DNA of 63,827 nt, filler included, from Neolecta irregularis DAH-3 (lineage: Eukaryota), in assembly GCA_001929475.1 (NCBI GenBank). It is 4 parts of 4 records of this genome, joined end to end, with 100 filler letters (N's around TTAATTAATTAA, not from the genome) between each part and the next. Parts side by side here need not be neighbours in the genome. Positions count along the whole stretch, not along the records: positions 1 to 31,633 come from LXFE01000737.1; 3 more parts are not named here. The stretch is one strand, 5' to 3'. Both the position numbers and the translations under genes were made by a program. Under the pieces are notes generated by a model. The model ran no database searches and was not told where the DNA came from. It worked only from the letters and a program-made list of their open reading frames with translations. Shown piece after piece: positions 13,294 through 23,951 of the stretch. Numbering within the stretch: position 1 is the first letter of the stretch; each line of letters opens with the position of its first letter.

Positions 13294-13613
13294 TATGATA
13301 ATCTTTCCTTTCATGATTATATGTCTGTTTCCCACTTGGGATGAAATGAAATGTATGATGCGCAGATGATTAGCCATGGGTTGCCAATGTTTATAAATAG
13401 AGTTAATACAATGATTCTCACTTCTGCGCAACGCAGCTCTTCATATAAGTCTTAAGCGAATCCTAGTCCTAGCCAAGCTAATCTTTGTTTTGCAGATATA
13501 ATAAGTAACTTGTTGAAGATTTATTTCAATCTGTCCGGTACATGTTTCAGTATTTGCGATCACTTTGACTAACCTCGGAGTAGCCATCCTCTTCCAATGT
13601 TCTTTCTTCCATA

Positions 13614-14842
13614 ATGTTCTTACGACAATATTACAGCTACTTTGGAAGCAAGACTGCTTCCTCGTGTTTTATATATAAATTTCGCGCTGGAGGTCATTTC
13701 GAGCGTTTCTTTCATTTTTCTCAAATATGCCCTCATATACCGCGAGTAACACATGGTATATACAGCAAGAGTCCATATATCCGCAGAGTATCGCATCCGG
13801 CACTATAAGCACTATTCTTATCTTATAGGACCCTCTTCTCAAAGAAGCCGCCATGATTATTGAAAACGGTAAACAGTTCGACCGATCAATTATTAGACGT
13901 CTGCTCGAACCCAAAAAGCACCCACAGACAGACCTGGCGTGGAAGTTTCTTGTTTCAGGCACCTTGAAATCACAGACTTTGATTCTTCGCCTGCTTTATC
14001 AAACAGAAAAAAAAAGAGGGGTTTCCTCTTTGCAGTTTTGTTCAGCAGTGAATGTCGTAATTTCGCACCTGATACAGCTTGATGAAATCGATAAAGCACT
14101 AGTTGTACTCTCAAAATGCGTCCCAAAAGCTACTCTTACAACTCTCCGCCACTGCCTCATGGCCGCAGACTCGGAACAGACGCTCGAAACATTCTGGTCT
14201 CTAACTAAAATTTCTGGACAAGCTAAAGCGTACAAATTGGAAGAAGTTTACGTCGCAGCCCTTACCAAGTTCAACTATCAAAAAGCGAAAAGTATTCTCC
14301 TTGAATCGCCTGAGGCAATGGGAAGAGAAGCCTGGAGAGCGCTCCTGGAAAAAGCAGGCGACCTGAAAAACTTTAACGATTTGTACAACCTATTTCAATT
14401 CTCACGACAACACAACATCACGAGGAAAATCGAAACAGTCTTCTTCCAATCTCTTGCGAAAATATTCCCTGAGGAAGTTTATGCTAAATTCAAAAAACAG
14501 GCAGCATATGGCTCCAACTTCAAAGAAACCAAATTATTAGCCCTTCTCCACCCGCGTCTTCTCTCGCGCATTCAGCTAAATCTCAGTAGAGATAGATCAA
14601 TTTGGAGTATACCCTTACTCGGATTTCTCGCCAATTCAAACCTTGCACGAGCGAGGGACGTTCTCAGGTACGCTGAACGAGTCGAGGGGAAACCGAATCG
14701 TCAAATGTATCTTAGTTGTCTCAAATACAGTCGACGGCAGAAAAGCCCCGAAGATGTAAGAGAATTCTCGAGATTACATAAGGAATGCGAGAAGGCCACC
14801 TCGATAGAAATAGCTCAACGATTGTCAGCTTCGAAGAAATAG
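13614..14842 (+). CDS. PPR-like helical-repeat protein, paralog 6
   Basis: Phase-0 intron 13788-13828; MFLRQYYSYFGSKTASSCFIYKFR...|DPLLKEAAMII...AWKFLVSGT; motifs SLAKIFPEEVYAKF, WSIPLLGFL. Confidence 0.75.
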
Positions 14843-15105
14843 ATCGATGTGTTGGGCTGTGCTAACAGACACGTTTATCCGTTGAGAAGCAAACTGCAGA
14901 CTAAAGTGCGTCAAAATTCTGCGGAATGCGGGTTAGCATGTTTGAAGAATGGGGACTCTAGGGTCAATTTATTCATGGTCAGATGCTGTTTTGAAAGTGA
15001 GTGAGGAATAACTTTAAAACATTAACCAAGATAATATTTTCAAACGCTTTTGAACAAGTATTTACATTTCACACCAGTTGCCTTGACATTAATTAAAAAT
15101 AATAC

Positions 15106-16502
15106 TTACTGGATTGTTTGTTCGACGTTAACCTTATTTTCCTTTTTACTATTCTTGACTGTGGACAAGCTAAGTCCCCTTTCTTTCATTTCACGCTTTA
15201 CGATCTTAATTTCTTCCTTCATCTGTTCCTTAGTTACAAAGTTTAATAATTTCGTGTATCTGTTATGAGTGAAGTCTTTTGGTATATTTTCTCGATCAAT
15301 CTGATCTAAGAGAGATAAGGTCTTCTCGAAGAGACCACGGCCAACCAGACAGTCAATATACATCCTAAGTAACTGCTTGACAAACATCCAAGGTTGCTTA
15401 GTTGCATATTTCAAAAGCGAATCTGCTTCTTTATATTTTTCATTGTAGAGAAATCCTGTCAGAGGGATTTCCCAGATCGAACGGGGACAAATGTCTGCCT
15501 TTTTCATTTCTTCAATTGTAGAGAGGTTCATAAGGTCCAACAATTTTGTGGCTTCTGGGTCGAGACACGGAAGAGGAGTTGACCTCATGCAAATTGCAAG
15601 CGTCTTTTCTGGAAAACATTTCGCGATAGCAATGAAAATGGTTCTGTAGAGACGGTTTATTGGCAAGTCATGAGCAACAACTGCGGAGACCAAGTTATTG
15701 ATTCCTTCTACCGACCGCAGATTTCCTTGAACTTCGAATAATGGATCCCAACAGCGTGAATCGAAGGGTTTCAACTTGACAACAAAAGATCGTGCTTCCC
15801 AATAGTCAAGTCTCGCTAGAGCTCTAACATAGCATATTTGGACTTTTATCGGAATTTTCATGTTGAGTTCATTTAACGGTGTCCAAATAGATCGAACGGA
15901 CTCCAATGATGGCGCCAAAGGGATTAACTTTGCAATATCAAGCATCGAAAAGAGTTTTGGATATTCCTGATAAATTTTATAAGCTTCTAAAAAGCCATTG
16001 TTTTGAATGAATAAACTATAGGTAAGTGCGACAACTTCCTCTGTAGGCTTAGTCGACGATTTCGCTTTCTGATATAACTGATCGATAAACTGAAAATTAT
16101 GGGAATTTCCGTGTAAAAGCAAGTACAATGCATCGATATTGGATGGATCCTCATTGTAGAGAGAGAGTAACTTGGAATTGTAATTCTCAGTCGACTTGTA
16201 ATTGCGAATCAATTTGAGAGCTTTGACAAAGACGTCAATCTACTGAGTATAAGCAATAACAAAGAAGAGGCATCTACTTCGTGTCTTAGGCGGTATAATC
16301 GAGGAGAGAGGGCGAGTGATTCGTACCCGCGCGAATCAAGTGCGGCGGACGCGACATCGTATACATTACCGTTCAATACAGACATATTACTCGATGTTTT
16401 ACGGACGAGGAACACATTATGTGGTCGTAGTCTGGTTGTTACACGGAGACAAGCTGGTCTACTCCTGGTGACAGCAGTGCAAAAATATTCACTGGCGAAC
16501 AT
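15106..16502 (-). CDS. PPR-like mitochondrial helical-repeat protein, paralog 7 (inverted)
   Basis: Phase-0 intron 16240-16277; MFASEYFCTAVTRSRPACLRVTTRLRP...|IDVFVKALKLIRN...ALYLLLHGN; motifs IAIAKCFPEK, WEIPLTGFL. Confidence 0.78.
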
Positions 16503-16632
16503 TGTTGATGGTGGTTGAAAAAAAAAGATCCAAGTTCGAATTCATTCCACTTCTTGCTTATAATGAACATGTTCACAATTCTGCTTTCAATATTACTTGT
16601 TCTCCTGTATGATCAACCTTCTATGCCAGTTG

Positions 16633-16867
16633 TGTAACGGAGACTCCCTCCTGGAGCAGGTCTGGATAGTGTGAAGGAGAGGTATAATCATATCCCTGTA
16701 GAAGAGGGCTGCATAGCCCAAGCACTAGGCGCTTGTATATAATTAGCACCGTGTGGACGGTGGCCGTCATCTTGTTAGTGACGACTAACTGCCACATAGG
16801 TATGGAGAATACTATCTTGTTAGTGATGACTCACTGCCACATAGATAGTCACCTCTCCTCCATAACA
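16633..16867 (+). mobile_element. 5' LTR of a Ty3/gypsy-like retrotransposon
   Basis: TGTAAC...ATAACA termini, TATA-like tatataa, internal 31-bp direct repeat (16769-16799 and 16814-16844), followed by a PBS-like gttgggggt and a gag ORF. Confidence 0.6.
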
Positions 16868-16923
16868 GTTGGGGGTCCGGCTTAAAAGAAACTGAGCAAC
16901 GGGAAACCAAAACCTAGAAAACA

Positions 16924-17721
16924 ATGGACCAAGGACAAATTGAACAGATGATGCAGGCTTTTGGACACCACATGGTAGCCATCATTAGCAACCTTACGAA
17001 AAGCTTGGCAGACCAGATGACAAGCCATCAACAGAAGATAGCAGAGGAGACAGAACACCGCCAGCACCAGTTTATTGAGAGCATGATACGAGAATTTGCA
17101 CAAATGAAACCACCCGCACAAGCAGAGCAAATAAATATTATGAGACAGGCCACATACAAACCCAGAATAAAGAAACTCGATGGAACCAGGCCAGATCTGG
17201 TAGAGGAATGGCTCTAGACACAGCAGCATTCGCCCCCAATGAAGGCGTGAGATTTCTATATGGAAGAATGGCAGGGCCTGCACGGGCACATTTTGAAGCA
17301 AACTATGATGAACTGGTGAATGGCTCTTGGGATCATTTCTGCGCAAAGATGAGAAACCGATTCATTCCAGAATCCTTCGCTTTCGCCCAGCAACAACGAC
17401 TCGCAGAACTAAAAGTTACAACCTCAGTCCAAGCATTTATTACAGTATTCCAGCGCCTGGCAGCTCAATTCAAAGAGGAGGAGATATCAGAAAAGCAGAA
17501 AATCTTTTACTTCATAAATGGCTTACGTACCCGAAAACAACTATTCGAGCATGTAGTTCAGAAGAAACCCACCTTATTAACAGAAGCAATTGAAATCACA
17601 TCCAACTTTGATCGGAAGCGGTTCCTTTCAACAAAGAAGTTTGAGAAGAGATCCGCTGGTGGAGACGAAGGAAGTTACACCCCAATGGAACTTGATCACA
17701 TTCGGAAAACCTCGAAACAGC
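16924..17721 (+). pseudogene. gag: Frameshifted, truncated Ty3/gypsy gag
   Basis: Two frames (16924-17217 and 17208 onward); Retrotrans_gag-like GSWDHFCAKMRNRF...SVQAFITVFQRLA...KIFYFINGL and PMELD motif; no zinc knuckle or pol follows. Confidence 0.8.
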
Positions 17722-17805
17722 CAGTGTTGGCGGGCCGAAACACCTTTTTAAAGAGCCCGGCCCATGGGCTTTTTCATGGACCGGCGCCGGGCCTAACATG
17801 TGACA
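17722..17805 (+). mobile_element. Terminus of a CAGTGTTG-ended DNA element (hAT-like)
   Basis: CAGTGTTGG...agcccggcccatgggctttttcatggacc matches the reverse complements at 56165-56237 and 62045-62170. Confidence 0.5.
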
Positions 17806-17871
17806 AAGTTTCTTGTGGAAAGAATATTCAAGAGACAGCGACGGAACCAAATTGAGTAATTGTGCGAGCGG

Positions 17872-17995
17872 TGTAAGGATATACCCAATCGGTATACCTT
17901 ACCAATACAGTAATCAGGCGTTGGTGGAATATGAAGCGGAGTTTATAGTTATACCTAGCCTGAGTTGCAACACTTTAGGCTAGGTATGTCCTGTA
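17872..17995 (+). mobile_element. Degenerate copy of the solo-LTR family at 62329
   Basis: Shares tgtaaggatataccc...ggtata.cttaccaatac and ttaggctaggtatgtcc with 62329-62544. Confidence 0.65.
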
Positions 17996-18055
17996 GTTGT
18001 TTAGGAATTTCCCGAACGCTAATTTTCCCAAATCTTGATTCTTTGTGGAAAAACA

Positions 18056-19364
18056 ATGCAGCCTTTACTGCAGGCTCGTCGAGTGTTTCATCGGCCGCAT
18101 TACCAGTCGATATGGCTTCGTTATATTGGTTCAACAGCCGACGGCGACCCCGGCAAAAGTCTACCACGCTATGTGAAAACGCAAATTTTATTGCCTGCAG
18201 ATACGGTATTACTCCATATAAGTACTTGTTAATACTCAGGACCCCCTACTTCTCAAAGCGCAATATCTATATTCACATAAACCGGATTTATTTCCAGAAA
18301 TCAACGCCGACTTGTTTGAGTTTGTCAATATTTACCCTCAAAATAATACAGCATGGCACATTCTAATTGCTGCCAACAGAAATAACGTCCCATTGATCCT
18401 CGAAATTTACGAAAAATACAAAAAAATGAATATTAAAGCTAAAAATCCGGTTTTCGTGCGGATATTCAATACTCTCATACAAAATCAAGAAATCGAAAAG
18501 GCTTACAAACTCTTCAAAGAAGAGAACCTTAGACCTGAACAAGCTAATGAGCTGTGGAAGCAAACTGATAATCTTGCTTTTGCAAACGAGATATATCATT
18601 ACATCTCCCAAAGCCGACCTTCCATTATTGCAAAAGCAGTGGTCGGCTATATCAAGTGTTTATCTCGTTTATCAGTATCTAGCGCTCGAGCCTTTCTTCT
18701 TCGAAAACATTTGCGAGGGGAGAGAGTTACAGCAGAAATGTATACACGGATTATATGGGAAGTCGGGCAATCAAAAGACATGGGACAACTGTGGGAATTG
18801 TACAATGAAATATGCCAGACGGGTATTCCACTGTTTTATCCAAAGTCCTACATTTTGGCCGTGTTTGGAAAAGCACGACCAGAATTGTTGTTTGCCGTAT
18901 TAAAGGGCGAAACGGTGAAAACGAACCGGGTGGAGCGGAAAATATTGGACTTGTTGGATGATAAATTTATTAATGAGGATTTTTTTCGAAGGAGATTATG
19001 GCGGGGTGTGGCATTTGGGTTTATTGATCAAAAGAAATATGAATTGATCGATCAAGTCCTTCAACATAAGAGAGTCCATTTTGGTTTAGAAGACGATGAA
19101 AAGATTTGGTTTACCTATGTCTATGAGGTTGCGCAGTCCGAGGGTCTTGATCGTGGACTGGAGATATTGTACAAGGCAAGGGAAAAGGGTACAAAAGACA
19201 TCGCAGTGCTTTTTGAGGCGTTGACCAGGGTGGCATATAAGAAAAAGGACAGGAAGTGGTTGATGAAGATGGTTTTGGAGATGAAGAAGTTGGAATGTAA
19301 GATGACAACGTTTGTAGCTGAGAGGTTTGATGAAATGGGAATTCCCATAAGTCATCTAGTATAA
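18056..19364 (+). CDS. PPR-like mitochondrial helical-repeat protein, paralog 8
   Basis: Phase-0 intron 18206-18239; MQPLLQARRVFHRPHYQSIWLRYIGST...|DPLLLKAQYL...AWHILIAAN; repeats such as AEMYTRIIWEVGQSKDMGQLWELYNEICQTGI. Confidence 0.78.
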
Positions 19365-19404
19365 ATTACTGGTCTGACAGGGTTCAAATGCTTTACAGCA
19401 TAAC

Positions 19405-20185
19405 TTAGTCAACTCTCTTTAAATATTTTGTTACCCATATATCAAATACAATTTTTTCAACTCCAAACTTGCTTACATTTTCCCAAAAGTTGCAGACATC
19501 TTTTTTTTCTGTTCTCTTCAAAATCGCAATAATCCATTCCGGATCTATCTTTCTCTTCTCCGTGAAAAACAATTCCCACAAAAACTCCCTAGCTTTTCTG
19601 ATGTCTAGCCGTGCAAGGCATTCGATATACGCAGTGACGAGGTCTACGGATGTATATTTCCTGTCTGTTCTAAAACAAGCCCGGTCCCATATTCTTTGAC
19701 AAACGGCAAGATCAGGACATGAGCGCAGTAACATGATATAGACAAGGGCTGGCAGATAGTCCACCGTGCAGATAAGATCCCACGCTTTGTCTACTTCATT
19801 CCCCTGGATTAGCATACACAAGATTAATTCCTGCGCCTTTGAAACGGGCGCTGTGGGACGATGTAGGCGATGAAAGAGGCTTATCAGCTCGCTTTTTGAC
19901 CTCGAGGTCGAGTAAACCAGCGCTCTACGTGCGGTGTCATTTGAGGGATGTTGAAGAAGGTGGGATTCGAGTTTTGCGAGTTTGGCTTGTAAGGGTGGAG
20001 AAAAGGTTTCTGCGGCGCTATTTGCCTGCGTGAACAGAGGAGTCTGCTGTGAGTCTGAGAAGGAAGAAAAGGTATACAAAGTCGTGATCTGGAGCCTGAA
20101 AGAGGCGAGTTCGCTTCTGCAGCCGGCTCAAAGAGGAGAAGGGGCGAATGCAGGAGCGAAAGTAACAAAACGAGCGGAGGGGCAT
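19405..20185 (-). CDS. PPR-like helical-repeat protein, paralog 9 (short, lacks C-terminal half)
   Basis: Phase-0 intron 20044-20077; MPLRSFCYFRSCIRPFSSLSRLQKRTRLF...|TPLFTQA...HPSNDTARRALV; motif AYIECLARLDIRKAREFL. Confidence 0.7.
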
Positions 20186-20538
20186 CCAGGAGCAAAAAAA
20201 AAGAAAATGCAACTCGTGCCAAGCAATCTCCACGCTCCTCACCAGACTAACGAGCGAAAACACTGCAGATCTGAGAACCAGGCTAGAAAATAAAACATTT
20301 GCTCGAATTCGAAACACGCTGCAATTTCGCGCGGACTGCTCGGCAATTCCTTGAGCGAATGCGTGTAAATAGGAATTTGGTCCTTTTTTATATTTGTTTT
20401 ACTCCATGTTTTGCGATTTATCGACGAGTTTAGTGGTATAGATCCACGTCTGCCTCCACAAAAACCGCCTCCTCGGCCTGCGATCTCCTCTGATCCCAAC
20501 TCCACTCTCGCTTCTCTTTCTTTCTCTCGCTATCCACA

Positions 20539-21862
20539 ATGAAGGCTCTAATTCTAGTCGGCGGCTTTGGCACCCGTCTGCGTCCGCTAGTATTACTCGA
20601 ATCATATCATCTCTATTCTTACCCCGCAGACCCTCACTCTCCCGAAACCACTTGTCGAATTCGTAAATAAACCCATGATCTTGCACCAGATTGAGGCTCT
20701 TGCAGCCGCAGGAGTCACAGGCATGGGCGCGATTTGCTCTCCCACTCTCATCAATTAGATATCGTTCTCGCCGTCAGCTATCGCCCTGAAGTCATGGTAT
20801 GCACTCTGTACACACCAACTGCTCATCTTGCAGATGGAAAAACTCGCAGAAGTATCCTCACTTGTGTCTCACACTTGACCTGCAGTACGAAAAGACGTAT
20901 GGCGTGAAAATCACATTCTCCCTCGAAACAGAACCTCTTGGCACTGCAGGCCCTCTTGCCCTTGCCAGAGAAATCCTGAAAAAGGACAATACTCCATTCT
21001 TCGTCCTCAATGCAGACGTAATATGCAACTATCCCTTCAATCAACTCCTCAAATTCCACCAGAGTCATGGAAAACAGGGCACCATTGTCGCTACAAAAGT
21101 AGAAGAATGGAATAAATATGGCGTCATCGTTTCTCGTCACGAGACAACTCAAATCGACCGATTTGTTGAGAAACCCAGAGAGTTTGTGGGAAACAGAATT
21201 AACGCGGGTATTTATATTTTCTCCATAGAGATGCTAGACAGAATCGAACTTCGAGCAATGTCTATTGAGCAGGAAGTTTTCCCATCAATGGCATCAGAAG
21301 GTCAACTCCACATGTTTGACCTAGAGGGATACTGGATGGTACACTCCCTTTGTTTGAGACGAGCCTCGTTGATGAGTAGGATGTAGGTCAACCCAAAGAT
21401 TATCTCACCGGAACTTGTCTCTATCTTTCCAGCATGACAAAAAGAAACCCAGAAGCCCTTGCCTTACCTTCTGCCCATTCCTTCATTCATGCAGGAAATG
21501 TCCTAATAGATCCAACCGCCACTATTGGAGAAAACTGCAAAATTGGGCCCAATGTAGTCATTGGACCAAACTGTGTCATCGGCGACGGCGTCCGGCTACA
21601 GCGATGCGTTCTCTTCAGTGGAAGTAAAGTAAAAGACCATGCGTGGATTAAATCTGCAATAATCGGCTGGAACTCGACCGTCGGCAAATGGGGACGACTT
21701 GAAGGCGTAACAATACTCGGAGACGACGTCTATGTCCGAGATGAAATCTATGTCAATGGTATATATATATTGGCATGCCGTCCACGCTAATTAGCAGGCG
21801 GCAGTGTTCTGCCTCATAAAGTTATTTCGGCCAATGTAGAGGTTCCGCAAATCATCATGTAG
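20539..21862 (+). CDS. PSA1: Mannose-1-phosphate guanylyltransferase
   Basis: [45 protein letters not shown], hexapeptide repeats; includes GC-AG intron 20721-20758 and 18-nt exon 20834-20851. Confidence 0.97.
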
Positions 21863-22029
21863 GAATATAGATTTTAATGGGCCTGTCTTTTGTTGGTCTC
21901 TTTGTTTGATGTTTTGTTGATTCATTAAAATGGTTGATATTGTTTCGCTGCTGATCTTTTTGGGACTACTATGATATTTTACTATAATTTACAGAGCCTA
22001 ACTGTAGCCTTGAAGGCTAGAGATTCTTT

Positions 22030-22300
22030 GTAGGTGTGTCGCACACAGGTCGTAGTTGTAGAGCGTTTGAGGAATTTAGGATTCCAGCAACATGGAGGAA
22101 AATAAGAAAACGAGAGAAATGATGCTGTAGTTCTTAGCGGAATGAATAGAGCATTATCCACCCGTCCTACAAATGTACAAATACAGGACTACTTATAGAT
22201 TTACAAGTGAGCCACGTCATTGTAGTAAACCTAGCAGATAATAATGAAAACTCATCAGATAACCGCTGCGATATTACGTGTATCCGTTTCGTACGACAGG
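22030..22300. repeat. Dispersed non-coding repeat, copy 1
   Basis: Co-linear similarity to 63010-63270, e.g. atagagcattatcca.ccgtcctacaaatgt.ca.atacaggactacttatagattt. Confidence 0.8.
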
Positions 22301-22450
22301 TGCTTCCTATAAGGTAATTAGGCGATATCCTTGGTCTCGCACAAGCAATGCCAAGGTCTGCTAATAAAAGAAACCGAGGCTGTCACGAACAAAACATGAC
22401 ACAGCCAAGTGAAACTAAACTTTTCTAGGAACGCATTAATAATTACAACC

Positions 22451-23803
22451 TTATTCCAAGCCAAAAACTAAAGACGCCCCATCATCTCCTCCAGTCACAA
22501 TCTTCTTCTGATCCTGTGTAATAGCAAATGCAAGGATCCCATCGTGATGACCCGTCCATTTTTGAATTTGATGACCTGTTCGAACATCCCATTTTCGAAG
22601 ACTTCCATCCACAGAACAGGATACAATCATCGGGCCATTATCGAGGACTTGAACAGAAACCACTGGTTCCTTTTAAATTAGCGTCAACAAGAGAATAAGG
22701 AAGATGTACTTCATGCGTCATTATATTACGCACTTTCATACTCCCGATATCGTAACTCACAATTGCCCCATCGATACTTCCACACACCACAATCCCAATA
22801 ACGTCCACAAACCGGATTGTCTCAATACTATCCCTTTGTACCTCAAACCCCCCGAGAATTGTTCCCTTCGCGATATTAACGACTTTAACGCTTCCGTTAC
22901 GACCCCCGAGAACCGCGGCGTCGCCTTTGGCGACGACGACGTTCCAGCCGTCACTTTTGAATCGGCCGTCATATGGGGATATAGAGAATAGTTTTTCGCG
23001 TGATTCGGCGTCCCAAGCTATCATACTGCCTTCTTCATCGACTCCAAGAACCCGAGAGCCGGCGAATGTGCCGCAAGTGCAGGCTGATGTCAGCCCCGAA
23101 AACACATGCGTTGTATTCCCCGGCGGAAGATCCATCATCCAGATAGTCCCATCTGAAATCCCAGCAAGAAGAACAGGATCCGAGGGATGAAATTGCAGCC
23201 ACTGCACATAATTAAAGAGAGTAGTCCAAGCGAGTAGTACCTCAACTTCTGACCCGACTTCAGTTATATTTAGAGGGCTTGCGGTAGGTACAGACCATAT
23301 AAATATTTTCCCATCCATGCCGCCAGTAGCTAACATTGAACCATCGTGAGAGAATTTCACCGATACGATGGTATCCTGATGTCCTTGTTTTGTCAGCCAG
23401 AAAGTCAATGTGAATTGGCAGAAAAGATAATTACAGAGCGTTAATATCGCGAGAAAATACATAGCGTATACTCAATGCTCGCAATTGGGGAAATCAAAAT
23501 ATAGCATTACGTACCGTTTAGAGTTGCTACCTTTTCTCCACTGCTGATTTCCCAAATGTATCCCAGATCATCGCCCGATCCCGTTGCTGCCCAATCTCCA
23601 AAGGTATCGACTGTGTAGATACTATCCTTGTGTTCAAAGAACCCCTGTATTGAATCGTCCGTGAATGTTACTATATCTCCTTGGTTCTCATAAGAATGGT
23701 CGTCTTCGATGTCGGAATAAATGGGTTCATGTTCGTCGGGCGTGATTTCCTCGGCCAGTTCTTCTGGGGCAAAATGGGTGGGGAGATCTTCGCTGTCGGA
23801 CAT
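22451..23803 (-). CDS. SQT1: WD40 ribosome-assembly chaperone (Sqt1/AAMP)
   Basis: Acidic N-term, DDSIQGFFEHKDSIY, ATGSGDDLGYIW, multiple WD repeats. Confidence 0.85.
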
Positions 23804-23951
23804 GGTGGAAGAATAAGATGGGGAATTTGGGGAAGAAAGTCGTTGCTTTTAGTGTGGAATCTTGAATTTTTTTCGTGGGGGTTTGAAATTGCCCCATAAA
23901 AATAATTTGACGCAGCATTGGCTTGGAGTGATTTATATCATCACAACATAT

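Noticed and set aside
17722-17855. C-terminal extension of the gag ORF
   Set aside because: Read-through into an unrelated inserted element end, not gag sequence
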